Positions 39,892 through 53,765 of a DNA stretch of 64,000 nucleotides are shown here, one piece after another. The stretch comes from Proteromonas lacertae (Eukaryota), in contig NGBS01001165.1 of assembly GCA_002245135.1 (NCBI GenBank), positions 186,001 to 250,000 of the forward strand, in the 5' to 3' direction. Each line of letters starts with the position of its first letter. The first letter of the stretch is position 1. The position numbers were made by a program, and so were the translations under genes. Below the pieces are notes generated by a model, which made no database searches, was not told the DNA's origin, and saw only the letters and a program-made list of their open reading frames with translations.

Positions 39892-42800
39892 TTCCATTTC
39901 TTTCTTTGTTCCTTTATGTGCTTTTGCTCTTTCTGCAAATGCATTTAATAACGATTGTTTCTCTAAGTCATGATCTTTTTGTAACTTTGCTATTCTTTCT
40001 TCATTCTCAGCTGTTACTGCTATATAAGTTTCATGTAATTGATCATATCTTGTTTTTTCTTTTGCTATCTTTTCTTCATATAATCCTTCTAACTCACCAG
40101 TTAAATTGTTATATTCTTCGTCTCTTCGATCCATTTCTCTTTGTAATGTAATTAATTGATTTGCAGAGGTTTGACGAAGCTCGTCTAATTCATTTTGCAA
40201 CTGACCAATAGCTGCATTTGAAGTTGCTTTTAAATCATTCAACTGTTCATAATGATTGGATTCTATTAATTTCAATTTCATTTGATGTTCTTCTTCAATA
40301 TCATCCATCTGAGTCTTTAACTCATTTAACTGTAATAATTTCGCATTCAAATCAATTGAATCTATCAATGTTAAGGCTGTTAATGGTTCTAATTCATGCA
40401 TTGTAACTTTAGCAGTAACATGATGTTGTAATAAATCATTCTTTCCTAAAGATACAATTTCTGTACTTACTTCATTATTCATAAAGTTCATTTTGGGGGT
40501 ATAACCTGGTTTTGTATCTTTCGGTTTATTCATATATCCTTCACATATTTCAATCATTAAATTACCATCTTGACTTCCACTGAATAGGAATTGAGAATCA
40601 GCTGATTTTGTAAAAGCAGTAATTGGTGTATGATGAAATCTAAAACATTTTATATTCAACATTGGAATATCTTTAACATTCCTATCATCATCATCATCTT
40701 CTTCTTCAGTATTGTCTTTATTCTTATCTTTATTTACTATTGGCCAATTCACATAACCAATATAACCATTTTCCATTGTCATAACCAAACAATAATCATC
40801 AAAATCTTTACATTTAAAAATACATAAGAATCTACTTCTGGTTGGTAAAAGATAAGTCTGTTCTGGAGCATCTAAATTTGGATTCCATACTCGTAAATAG
40901 GAGTTTTTCATAGCAGCTTGATATTCGGATGATAATTGTTCATCATCTTTCATTAGATGAGGTTCTAAAGGAAGTGAACTTCCAATAACAGTTGTGTGAT
41001 CTGGACCATATAAGATTTTTTCATAACAATTTTTCTATTTTCATTATAATGATATATATATATACTTTTATTACTGATTCTTTTACTTTATAATCTTCTT
41101 TGGTAAAATCTCCCAAACATAATTCATAAACAGCACCATCTAATGAAGTACTAAGCATATACAAATCATTATAATTAAAACATAAACTATTTACTCTTAA
41201 ACTATGTCCTTTATAAGTAGCAATTTGTTCCATTCCATTTATACCAAATGTTTTATAGAAATAAATTATCTTACCAGCAATAATGGTAAACATTTGACCT
41301 CCTTCACTGAAATAAGCTTTTGTTGCACCCTATTCAATATAAATAAATAAATAAATAAATAATAATAACATACTCTTGGAGTTAATTCACCCATCAATCT
41401 CAATTCATTCATTAATATTGCATATAATCTCACTTTACCATACAATGTCAATAACATATAACTTCCTGTAGGATGAACACTCACACAATTCAATTCACAA
41501 GTAGAGGGAAATGACATATAAAATGTCTGTTCTCTTGTTTTATAATTCCACATTCTTAAGGATTTATCTACATTACTTATTGTGACAAGCAAAGGTTTGA
41601 CTAATGATAATGACATGTCTGTTATTGCTCCACTATGACAACCACTATTAATAATATTATTAAAAAAATACTGTGGTGGATAATGTTGTAATGTAATATT
41701 ATCTTGATCTTTCCATGTAGCAATTTCTTCAATTGGAAACTGAGCAAAACTGTCATTAAACAACAATGCAAATGTTTTATTATTTGGAGATGAACTAATA
41801 CCATAAATGTTATTATTGAATTCGGGTGGACGGTTTATCGTGGCTTGATGGTAGACTTGAAATAATGATTCAAATCGAAGTTTCTCTTCAGCATTGGCTG
41901 GTGTATAAATTGTTATTTTTCCTTTTGTTCCAACGGTGATGAAGGAGTTATTATCATAACTACAAATACTCTATATAAAATAATAAATAATATTATATTA
42001 TATACTTTTATTTTTTCTTTTCCATGTGATTTATCTATTTTTTGCTTCAATTCATTCTCTTGAATTATCAATAAATCACCTTCTTCACTTATTATTACAA
42101 TTATTTCATTATCTAACCAACAAATATCAATAAAATGAGCTTTATATTCTCTTGGCAAACCAACAAATGGAGGTAAACTCTTTAATATACATCCACTCAT
42201 AACTTTCCATAAGCGGAGGTAATTTTCACCACATGTACAAAATATATTGTTATCTTTTGGATTATATCGAATCATTTCTATTTTACTGGATAAGCTGTAT
42301 TTACATAGTAATAAATTCCTTTCCCAATTCCATACTTGAGCTGTTGTATTTGATAAGGTAATTTCATTCTTTTCTACTTCAACTCCTGTGTTTTTTTTTA
42401 ATTCACCATTTTCACTACCTGAGGTTGATTCTTTTGTAGTGCTTTGACTTTTTAAGTTTACACTATCTCCACTTATTATATCAACAAATTGACTTCCATC
42501 ACTGCTGAAATTAATAAATTCGATCTTTTGATTCTTTGATGTATTTTCACCACTATTTAGTATGTTAAATATATTTATATTTATACATTTCAAACACTCT
42601 TATACGAGTTGGAACAGACGACTTAGAAGCATCATATTTCCATAAACTAATTCGAATTGAACTATTCTCACATTCTGTTTTCTCACCTAAAGCATATAAA
42701 TTGGCTGCAGCACAAACACTAAAACAAGTAATCTTTAAAGGAACATTTTCAACATTAAAATTACTAAAAGCAACTTGATCACCACTAAATATATCTTGAC

Positions 42801-42915
42801 TTATTAAATGACGACCACTAGCATAAATTACACTTTTGTTTGAATTAAATTGAAGATGTTCACGTATATCTCTTCGGAACCCAAAACTGTGGAATAAATC
42901 AAAACTGTAATTCAT
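38636..42915 (-). CDS. CFAP57: Cilia- and flagella-associated protein 57 (WD40 repeats + long coiled coil)
   Basis: N-terminus HSFGFRRDIREHLQF...VIYASGRH. WD40 motifs HSGAITDMSLSLVKPLLVT...DKSLRMWNY, SVHPTG, GHSLRVNSL...SLDGAVYE, HHTPITAFTKSADSQFLFSGSQDG. Coiled coil ending NQNVVLLSELNNLRRE. Confidence 0.82.
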
Positions 42916-43265
42916 TTATATATGTTATATAAATAGAAAAATTCAATCAAAAATTTAAAATAACGATATTTTTATAAACCCAATTTATTTTTTTGAATAA
43001 CCAAATTGATAAAATAGAAACGAACATATTTTTTAAACAAAATTTTTTAATAATTGATATTATAAACTCAATATCACCATCTGAATTGAAATGTTTATTA
43101 TACTTTATGAAAGTAAATATTTATAGAATTTAAATGGTGAAAAGAAGACTTTGAATGTAATTCAATAGTAAAAGATGTGAATGATTGATGGAATGATGAA
43201 ATAATAACAATGTGAAAAAGAATGTTAAAAATGAATTGAGTTATAATAATAATAATAACGGTTAT

Positions 43266-44330
43266 TTAAATCTCAACATTCAATTCTTTGTTTGGATGAT
43301 TTTCTTTGATTATTCTTTCAATTTCTTCTTCATTTGTTATTTTGTTATTCCATAAATATAATTCATTTAATTTTAAACATTTTGGTAAATATTGAGATAA
43401 TAATCTTCCTCCTTCATCTGATATTTCATTACAACTTAAATACAATTTCTCTAATTTTGTAATATACTGAATATTATCACATAATACTTTTACACTTTCA
43501 TCTGTTAAATTATTCCCTATTATAATATAGAATAGAATAAAATACCACTAACATCTAAATATTCTAAATTTGGAATATCTTTCAAATAAGAAATGAAGAT
43601 TTTAAAACCATCATCACCAATTTCACAATCTATTCATTGTAATATTAAAGTAATAATACAATCAAAACTCTACACAACATAAATTACCATCAAAATATTT
43701 ATCGAAAATTAGCATTATTAATCAACCTTTTCTATCTCCATCTTCAATCTCAATCTTATCTAATAATTCCATTAAATTTACATCTTTATACCAATCACAT
43801 ACTCAGCGATTAAATCCATCGATTATATTATCATATTTCAATGAAATCTTTATTCACTATTACATCATATCCATCTTATTGATATTCTAACATTATATAT
43901 CCAATTCCAAGAGTTTTATCTAAAATCACATGTTCTCTAGTTTTCACCATCTTTATCACATCATCATACTTCAAATTCACATTTAACACTACATATTATC
44001 ATCACTAATACATCAGCTTTTACTCTTTTACTTTTTTACCACTTTCTTTCCTTTTTCAATTCTTTCTTTATCAACTTCACATGTCAAATATAACATATTT
44101 ACACTCTATCTATTTTTATCAGCAAAAACATCACACACAAATACTAACTATTCTTCTTTTACACTTATTTCACCTTCTTACATAGCATCTTTATTTATAT
44201 CAGCTTAACTTTCGATTACTTCTATTACTACTTCTTTATCTTCATTTTTCACTCATGGAAAATTAATCTCGGTAGATAATGGTATATCTTCAAAACAATC
44301 GCGTTTCTTTATCTTCATTCATCTCCTTTC
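43266..44330 (-). pseudogene. Relic of an RNI-type LRR gene (paralogue of the 51109-53612 gene)
   Basis: 3' exons still read CEIGDDGFKIFISYLKDIPNLEYLDVSG|NNLTDESVKVLCDNIQYITKLEKLYLSCNEISDEG...IKENHPNKELNVEI*, with an 84-nt exon at 43546-43629. The upstream ~700 nt look coding but are full of stops. Confidence 0.6.
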
Positions 44331-44591
44331 GTTCGATTTGAACAGAATTTTCAAAAAATAATCAAAATTTATCAAACCTCATTCAAATCAAGCAGTTATC
44401 AAGCCTAATGAATATTAAAAATGCTTTTACTTCATAATAAGAAAGTAATTATGTAGTTGAATGATGAAACTGTAGTGAATTATCAATAAGCATAAAAGAA
44501 AATATGGATAAACCAGAATTTGTATTGATAATCAGAAAAAAAGAATGAATATAATAATATAATTACATATAAATATCATAATTCAAATGAA

Positions 44592-46681
44592 TTAATCATA
44601 TTTCTTCATCTTTTTACCATTCTCTATCAAATATAAATACAACCAACTATTAATTATAAATTAACAACAATATATATATATATATATATACATTAATAAA
44701 CTACTAATTGTAACACAAAACAATAAAATCATGGCCACACTGCTTTTATTAGAATAACCACCACCATTATTATTACATTTATATTCACTTTTGATTTTCT
44801 GACCATAATCATGTAAAAATATATGTATTCCATATTCCAATATTCTTATTCTATGAATTAATACATTTCCAGTTTCATAATCATGAAGAGTAATAGAAGA
44901 AGTTATAGTCTCAATTTTACTGATAAATGATTTCCATAATTTCAAAAATGTTTTATAATCATCTAATGTTAGAATTGAATATAAATCATTTTTATTATAT
45001 CTTCGAAAATGATCTAATCCTTCAATTAAATCACTTATTATATAATTCAATTCATTTATTATATTATTGCTCTCTATTATATCTTGTATCATTTCTATTG
45101 GATGATTATTGTTTAAGCAGAGTGAATTGTATGGATTTTCACAATAAGATAATAAGAACAAATTCTCTAATTCATTTGTGTTTTTATTATAATACTTATA
45201 AAATGGTGGAATCGACCAAATTGTTGAAAAAAGATTCGTTACAACTAAATCATAACAATTCTTCATGTCATAATATACTCTTTCTTCAATTGTTCTGTTA
45301 TTCTCATTAAAATCAGTAGAATTGTTAAAGAAATTGATTGGATATTTCTTTGTATAATTCGTTTCTATTCCTATAACCATATCATCATAACTTACACTTT
45401 GATATTGTTTATCAAATAATATTGGATTTGTTGAATTCAATTTAAATATAAATATTGGAATTGATCTTTCTTCTTCTCCTTCTTCTGTTGCACTTGTTAT
45501 ATGCCAATATGTATCTTCAAACAAAGTTAACCAACGATGTAATTCTTTAGAATCAATATATTCATTATAATTATCGCTATTATTATTATTATTATTATTA
45601 TTATATTTTATTGATTGATCAAATGCAATTGAACATAATTCACATTCAATAAAATTAGTTTCATGTGCAAATACTCGAATATGTTGATTGGATGGAATTA
45701 TATTCTTGATTGTGTTATATATTTCCATCCATTTACTTTCTTCTTTTCCTGTTGATTCAATATCTTCAGTTATTATTAAAACTTGGAGTGTAATTAGTTT
45801 GGAAAATCTTTGTTGTTTGAAATATAATGATGGGCAAAAATAAACTGATGTGAATTTATCTATTAATGATATAATCTTAGGAATAAAATAGTATCTTATA
45901 TTCTTCATATTGATTCTTGGAATTGAAGTATTTTGAACTGAACCATATATTCTGATATTGTCATTATTTGGACCATATACTGAAGGACCAGCTGATAAAT
46001 CTATCCCTATATATCGATATTTATTTGATAAAAAATAATCTCTTTTATTATAAGTATAATATTTCTTTTGATTATTGAAATATGGCAAATTACAATTGAT
46101 TATAAATATTGAATAGGAAATTGCACTTTTGTTATATATTGAATCAAATAATGGAGATAATATATCGGAAGGTAATATATTGTTTTGATATTTTGACATA
46201 TATTGCTCTATTGTACTTTTCACTGAATTACATAAATTATTTCCTGTATGGGATACTTTGTATAAATATTTTCTACTTATCAGCAAATTTTCACTAGATT
46301 TTGTTTCTTTCGATGTATCTACTGGAATAAGTATTTCATTTGAATTCTTTGAAAGATATTTTTCTACTGTGTTTTCATCTAGCTTGATTTTACCATACCC
46401 ACTACCATCAAATCCAACCAAGTTTATATTTATATGAATTGGAACAATGAAACTCTCTAATTCTTCGATTTTTTCAGTTAAGTTATAGTTTGACTTTTGA
46501 TAATTCACTTCTTTATTGAATAGCACATTCGCATTTTTCTATATAAATTATATTTCATTTGTTATACATTAGAACCATCTATCTCTTTCAATGCAGCATC
46601 GATCTCTATTTTGTAATCTTTATTACTGTGGCATGATACTTCTACTAGTAATAATATCAAAAGCAGGAACATATATTCCAT
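44592..46681 (-). CDS. Conserved uncharacterised type I membrane protein (plant/protist IDLSAGP family)
   Basis: Signal peptide MEYMFLLLILLVES. Motifs VPIHININLVGFDGSG and RYIGIDLSAGPSVYGP; SIPIFIF...ILFDKQYQSVSYDDMVIG. C-terminal TM with a basic tail. Confidence 0.7.
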
Positions 46682-47228
46682 AATTGAGAAATTTATAAAA
46701 TTGTAATTGTGTAATTTTGCGTCATAATTACATTAGTAAATAAAAAGCATTATAAAATCAATATTTAAGTCAAGATGATTATAGGGATATAATCATCTTT
46801 CATTCAGATATTTTTATTCCCAGAAATCTTATATCAGAGTTAAATTAATTATCAAAATGTTTAAAAGCTCAAGTAATAATACAATAGTAAATGAGATTTT
46901 AGTAATTTGAAGTTATTAAGCATTTTTATTGCTAGGAGTTAACTTATTAAAGATATCTAATCAAGAATTCTCATAAACATTGGTTAAAGCTTAGTCAAAT
47001 GGAGTTCTCTATGGTTTAATTTGATTGAAAGATGTTGTTTATGATGAATTGATTGGAGAGATTTGTAGAAAAGTATGAATAAATTGAAGAAGTATATGTG
47101 TTTGAAGATAATGAGTTAATTTATATCTATAGATGTAAAGATATTTGGTATTAGTGGATATTGTTGAAATTGTGTAAAAATTCTAAAATAGTGAATGAAA
47201 CGAATCAATATTTTTAAACTCTCAAAAA

Positions 47229-49014
47229 ATGTCTTTCTTAGAATTACTGTTTGAAGCAATTTTATCCTTACTATTATCATGTTTCACACAGGTATATATT
47301 TATATATTGTTATTTAATTTCTGTTTAGAAAAATAAGAGGATTGAGAAGAAGAATAGTGATATGGATATGATAGAACAAAGAATAAAAGGTAATAAAATA
47401 GTGAAAATCCTAAATATTGAAGGGATGAAAGAAAAGAAAGTATTAAAATTCCTAGAGAATAACTCAATATTGTCAGAATATTGTTCATCCTTCATTTATC
47501 CTTTTTTAAATCATCAGTTGAATAAATGCAATAAACAAATGATATTGGAGAGATATTATTATTTGCAAGATTTAGAAGAAGTTATTCAAAATATCTCGTT
47601 ATCAAGAAGTGGTATATATGGTATTATATGTGGTACATGTGATGTTCTAATGATGTTAAATGAAAATGATATAACATTAAAGAATTTAAAGAGTAGTAAC
47701 ATAATATATGGAAAGGATGGTGAAATAAAGTTATGTGATTTATTGTTGAATGAGTTGAGAAGAGAAGATGAAATGAGATTGTATGACATCTGCTTCAAAA
47801 GCCCAGAAGAATTAAGTGGATTAGAATGTAAAGAGAAAAGTGTGATTTGGTCAATTGGATGTATATTATATGAAATGATTTGTAAGAAATTGCCATTCAA
47901 TGAAGATAATGATATTATGAAAACCAAAGAGAATATTCTGAAATGTAAATACAGTCTAGATAGGAAATGTGATGATATAATGAAAGAAATGATATTCCGA
48001 ATGTTAAAAGTAAGAAGTGATGATAGAATGACTTTAAGAGAGTTGAAAAAAGAGATGATCAAAATGAGTGAAATATTGAAAGATAAAGATAATAATGTAA
48101 TGATGTATAAAGAAAGAAAAGAGATATTGTATAAAAATGATTATTCAATAGAAATATCACCATTTGATGTTTTACATGAATTAGAATATTATAAGGAAGA
48201 TGATTTAATAGAAATGTACAATAAAAAAGCAGATGATAGAGTATTAGCATTTTTGTTGAATAAATATCTTTTCATTAGATTTAATTTATCATATCTATTA
48301 AGAGACAAGTTGAAATTTCAAATTTATCATCAATGTGAATATGATGAAAGTAATGTGTGTTATTTAGATTGGATGTTGTTTAACATGAATAGTTTTAAAA
48401 ATACTCTATATATTAGTATAAAGAAACAATGTATACATGAAAAACAATGGCGTGGAGATTGTTTTTGTTGTTGTAAGGAAGGAATAAGATATTTCTTCAA
48501 AATAATTAAGCTAATGTTAAACACAAAAAGTATTAGTAGTATATTATAATTTAATTCTGTCTTAATAGTGTATAATATTAAGAATATACCTATTGAAAAT
48601 CAATCATTATTTGGATCATGTTTCTCACAATTATCTAACTTAGAAGAATTAGAATTATTTAGCTGTTGTCATTTAACTTCTGAATTTATAAAATCATTTG
48701 TTAAATCAATTCCAAAAATGAAATTGAAATATCTTGATCTTCATGGTATTATATTATCTATACTGATTTATTTTTGTATAGGCAATCCAATTGGTTTAAA
48801 TGGATTTAAAATGCTACTTCCATATTTGCATCTATTAATCAACAAGTATGGTATATTGAATCTTTCAGGCATGAATTTAGATGATGAAGCAATGATATTA
48901 TTATCAAAAGAGTTATATAAATATCCAAATCTTAAGAAAATAAATATTAGAGAAAATGATGATATTCATTCAAAAGGATTAAAAGCCTTACCTTACAAAT
49001 TTACATTCACATAA
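47229..49014 (+). CDS. Pseudokinase (NEK-like C-lobe) + C-terminal RNI-type LRRs
   Basis: Short first exon MSFLELLFEAIL.... Kinase remnants TLKNLKSSNI (no HRD), IKLCDLL (no DFG), KSPEE, IWSIGCILYEM, LPF. LRRs: LKYLDLHG|NPIGLNG, LNLSGMNLDDE. Confidence 0.8.
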
Positions 49015-49240
49015 TATGTTTATTTTCTTTCTATTATGGTATTTTAAAATGAAAATAACATAAAATTCTTTCAATACTATATAATAATTCAAAAGAATTT
49101 ATTTCTCTTTTTAGGATTAAGTTTTATTATTAAAATAGTTACTTAGAAATTATAAATTCCAAATATGAAGTTAAAAAGAACAAAAACTGAAATAATACAT
49201 AATTAGTATATATATCAACACAATTCTAGAATTAAGAATA

Positions 49241-50869
49241 CTATTCATCTCTTTCATAGATAATATTACCTTCTTTTATTGTCATTAACACTTTTATATT
49301 CTTCAAATCTTCAATATCTATTTCCAACGGATTCTTATCCAACACTATTAAATCTGCTAATTTATCAACTTCAATACTTCCTTTTACATTCTCTTCGAAA
49401 TTTTGATATGCACAATTGATAGTAACAGCTCTAATTGCATCCATTACACTTACTCTTTGATTTTTACCTAATAACAAACCATTTCTTGTTTTACGATTAA
49501 CAGCATTATGAACTGCAAATATTCCATTCACTAATTTAACTGGAGAATCTTGATGTAATGTAAATTTCATATTCTTTTCTAACATCCATCCAATTGGACT
49601 GATATTTTCACTTCTTTCACTACCAAATACTGAATTATAATGATAATCTCCCCAATAATAAACATGATCATTAAATACAGTTGCTATAACATTTAACAAT
49701 TTCAATTCATCAATTTGATCTTTTCTTAATAATTGGCAATGAACTAACACTGGTCTTGTGTTATTATAATTATTTGTTAATTTTATAGCTTCTTTATAAC
49801 ATCTTATAAATTGATCAGCTGAAGCATCACCATTACAATGGCTGTGAATCTGCCAATTATTCTCTAAACACATTTTGTAATATTCTATTAAATCTTCATC
49901 ACTATGTCTTCCATATCCTTTATAATTATTATCCTTTATATCTCGAGGGATTTTATAATAAGGTTGACTTAACCAAGCTGTTTTTGCTTGAGGTGAACCA
50001 TCTAGCCAAGTCTTTGCTCCTCCTAATTTATAATGATTTTTATATTCTTTACTTCCATCTTTTAACATCATTTCCTTTGTAAATGGTTCTACTGCTAATG
50101 CATAGATATCGATTCTAAGTTTATTTAATTCACTACATTTTTTCAATAACTCGTGATATTCAGGTAATATACTAGCATCAAAAGCTGTTGTAAATCCTTG
50201 ACTGAAATAATACTCTTCTACTTCTAATATATCCTTTATACTATCTTCTTCACTCTTTTTTACTTGATTTGTCATACTTCCATCTATATTCATAAAAGCA
50301 TTTTCTTCCAATAAACCATTTGCTTCACCACTATCTGCAAATCGACAGATTTTACCACCATATGGATCTTTAACATCTTTTTTATCATATCCTAATAGCT
50401 TCAAACCTAATGAGTTCGTAACTCCAACATGACCTGATATATGACTAATCATAATTGGAATTGTTGTACTGACTTTATCTAAATCGTATCTATTTGGTGG
50501 AACTTCATCTTCATAAAGAGTATTATCATAGCCAAAGCCTATAAACCATTCACCGTCTTTAAAACTCTTTTTCTGGATTTCTATTTTCATTCCTTCTATT
50601 AATTCATTAACTGAACAATATAAATCTAAACGAGCTAATGAATGTGTTTGAGCAACTGCAGTTATATGACTGTGAGGATCAATGAATCCAGGTAACAATG
50701 TTTTACCTTTTAAATCGTATAATATAGTATTGTCATTTTTAAACTCAAATATTTCCTTTGTACTTCCTCTATATCTTATAATTCCATCACTGATGAATAT
50801 TGCTTCACATATTGTATTATACTCATCAACAGTAATGATTGTACCATTATAGAATATGATATCTTTCAT
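49241..50869 (-). CDS. Amidohydrolase_3 family metal-dependent hydrolase (YtcJ-like), intronless
   Basis: NGTIITVD, DLKGKTLLPGFIDPHSH, SGHVGVTNSLGL, GLLEE, KTWLDGS, HSHCNGD, LVHCQ, HQDSPV, AVTINCAYQ...KGSIEVDKLADLIVLDKNP. No introns in 1.6 kb. Confidence 0.92.
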   Translation of the reverse strand: MKDIIFYNGTIITVDEYNTICEAIFISDGIIRYRGSTKEIFEFKNDNTILYDLKGKTLLPGFIDPHSHITAVAQTHSLARLDLYCSVNELIEGMKIEIQKKSFKDGEWFIGFGYDNTLYEDEVPPNRYDLDKVSTTIPIMISHISGHVGVTNSLGLKLLGYDKKDVKDPYGGKICRFADSGEANGLLEENAFMNIDGSMTNQVKKSEEDSIKDILEVEEYYFSQGFTTAFDASILPEYHELLKKCSELNKLRIDIYALAVEPFTKEMMLKDGSKEYKNHYKLGGAKTWLDGSPQAKTAWLSQPYYKIPRDIKDNNYKGYGRHSDEDLIEYYKMCLENNWQIHSHCNGDASADQFIRCYKEAIKLTNNYNNTRPVLVHCQLLRKDQIDELKLLNVIATVFNDHVYYWGDYHYNSVFGSERSENISPIGWMLEKNMKFTLHQDSPVKLVNGIFAVHNAVNRKTRNGLLLGKNQRVSVMDAIRAVTINCAYQNFEENVKGSIEVDKLADLIVLDKNPLEIDIEDLKNIKVLMTIKEGNIIYERDE

Positions 50870-51108
50870 ATAGAACAAAATATAGAAGAAACAATCTAAT
50901 AAAGTTTGATTTTGGTTTGCTAAATTATTTTAAAAAATATGAATTTTCATTGTGCTGTGAAAGTGAAAATGCCAATATAATTATCAATACACAGTTTATA
51001 TAGTTTTAAAAGTATAAATAGTATTATATTTGCAGTATATAAGCAACATATGAAGATCTTCACATATACAGGTATTAATATAACACATGAACCGTTTAAT
51101 CAAATATT

Positions 51109-52010
51109 TTAACTGAATTTATCAACAATAAACACTTTTATCTGAGGATTTGGATGATTATCTTTAATTCTCTTCTTTATATCTTGATAATCATGTATTA
51201 AATTCTGTGCAACATACAGTTCCTTCAATTTTGTACAAACATATATATTTTCTATCAACACATTCATTCCAATGTCACTAATCTTGTTATTCCTCATTGA
51301 TAGTCTTGCTAGATTAGTAATATAACTTAGATTATAACATAAATTAATAATTCCATCATCTGTAGTATCAATACATGGAAATAAAAGATCTTGAAGCTTA
51401 GGTATATATCTCAATTGTTGACTTAATTTAATTATACTTTCATCTCCAATTGGATTTTCACCAAATGATAATTCGAGAAGAGAAGTTAATACACTAATGT
51501 GATCAAACAATTTCATCATTCCTCTATCATCAATATTGTTTGAAAATAAATCAAGACGACTTAAATGCTTTAAATATGTAATTGAATATATAAAAGTATC
51601 AACACTTGCATTTGTTAGTGTATTATCTATAACAATTATAGTAAAATTTAATAATAAATAATACTGCATAGGAATAGAGAATCTAGTTGTAATAAACTGC
51701 TACAATAAGAACAAAATGATAAAAAATTATCATCATTTATATTATTCCTAGTAAAATTCACCTAATATAATATTCGGAATAAAATGCAAATTTCTATTAA
51801 ATGATTCACATCCTAACATTCCCAACATTATTACCAGAGAAATCGAGAAATCTTAAATGAGTAGTAAAACTCAAATTATTACATAGTTCCATTATTCCCA
51901 TTTCTTTTACTTTGTTGTTAGAAATGTTTAATCGTCTTAATTGATTAACATAAGAAAGATTTTGACTTAATGCTTTTATACCTTCATCTTCTATCTCATT
52001 ATCTAACATT

Positions 52011-52041
<31 letters not shown>

Positions 52042-53612
52042 TATACCACTTATTGAGAAATCTGTTAAATCAATCATATAACTCAAATTATTACATAACA
52101 TTACCATTCCTTCATCAGTTATTTTATTCTCTATTAAAAAATAAAAATGTAGAAATTGAATATATATAAATTATACTATTCAAATAAAGTGATTGTATTG
52201 ATGTAATATAATGAATATTATCACAAAAACCAATAATACCTCTGTCATCAATACAATTTGCTATTTAAAATATAAAAATAATAAAAAATGTATATATATA
52301 TATACTACTAAGTATAAGTTCATTTAATAATTGTATTTTACTCAAACTGTTACTTAACGATATTAAACCTTCACTACTTATATTATTGGCTATTTAAATA
52401 TAATACAAATAGTATATATATATCATACAGTCAAAATGAAGAGATAACATATTTGTAACAGAACTGAAATGATTAGTTAAAGATATAATTCCATAATCTC
52501 CAATATCATTATGTGTTAAGTCTAAATACTTTAACTTTGATACATAACATAGATTTCTACTAAGTTCAGTAATGCTCTTGTCTGTTAATTTATTATCTAA
52601 ATGTACATAATAATAATAATAACAGATATTGGAGTGAATATATAATAATAATATACAACTAAGTGAAAGTATCAGTAATTCTTTTAAATTAGTGATATTT
52701 TTCGTAAAGTATTTCATTCCAAAATCATCAATATTATTTCCATTCATTAGGAATATCTTTTTATCTGATACACTTAAATTCACATCAAATATATATTCTA
52801 ATCCATAATTCCCCATATTCACTATTAAAATAATAATAATAATAATTATTATTATTATTGTTATACAATTACTATAAATACTCACGTATTTGTTATTATC
52901 ACATCTTTGTATTTCATCACATACATTTACTATATAGCAAATATGAATATTAAATCATACTTATATTTCTATCAACCGGATGATATAATGAATAATAATA
53001 TTCTTTCATATTTACTGTGAATAACTCTCTTAATAGTTCATTTTTATCCAATTCATCATTTACCATAATATCTTCACTATTCAATATTAATCTTAATTCC
53101 TCAAATAATAAAGTTTCTACATCGATATTATCTAATTTATTAATCATTTCAGTAGTAGTAGTATGTGGATTGTTTTCTTTGTTATAGATTGACTTTAAAA
53201 GTGTCATAAAATAGTGCATTTCATATTCCTTCTTTTCAGAATATTGATTTATATTTATAAACATTTCATCGACATAAATATTACTATGCTTGTCTATATA
53301 CATATCATTCACTTCAATATTGAAATATGATAATCCTATACATTTAATTTCAAGAATTAGATTTAGTAACTGTTCAACTATATTCATAACATCGTGTTCA
53401 CCACATTTTATCTTTGAATGAATGGAAACAACATCCAACTTTTCTTTTTCTAACATTAACATTCCATTTGTTACAAAATATACAAAATGCTTCCATATTC
53501 TCTGAATGCATAGTAAATTTATAATTTCCAAATTTTCTATCATATACATCAAATATTTCGGTTTAATTGTCGATAAGTCATAATCTATTGTTTTATTGTA
53601 TTTATTTTCCAT
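51109..53612 (-). CDS. Highly degenerate kinase-like N-terminus + long RNI-type 28-residue LRR array
   Basis: Repeats such as NNIDDFGMKYFTKNITNLKELLILSL and NEIEDEGIKALSQNLSYVNQLRRLNIS. 84-nt exons with phase-1 introns. The N-terminal EQLLNLILEIK...FNIEVNDMYID resembles kinase subdomains VI-VII. The 5' end is uncertain. Confidence 0.75.
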
Positions 53613-53765
53613 TTCCTAATGCAATCAATAAATATTAATATATTTATATTGATCTATTTCGAAAATTATATCTAGAAGATAAAATAGAGAAAAAAAAATT
53701 CTTTTGGTTAATAAAAAATAATTTTCTTAAACCAAAAAAAATAAAAAGTAATAAAAATAATCATT

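Noticed and set aside
46780..47200. Possible further LRR pseudogene relic on the + strand
   Set aside because: Coding-like composition but too many stops and no motif I can align with confidence.
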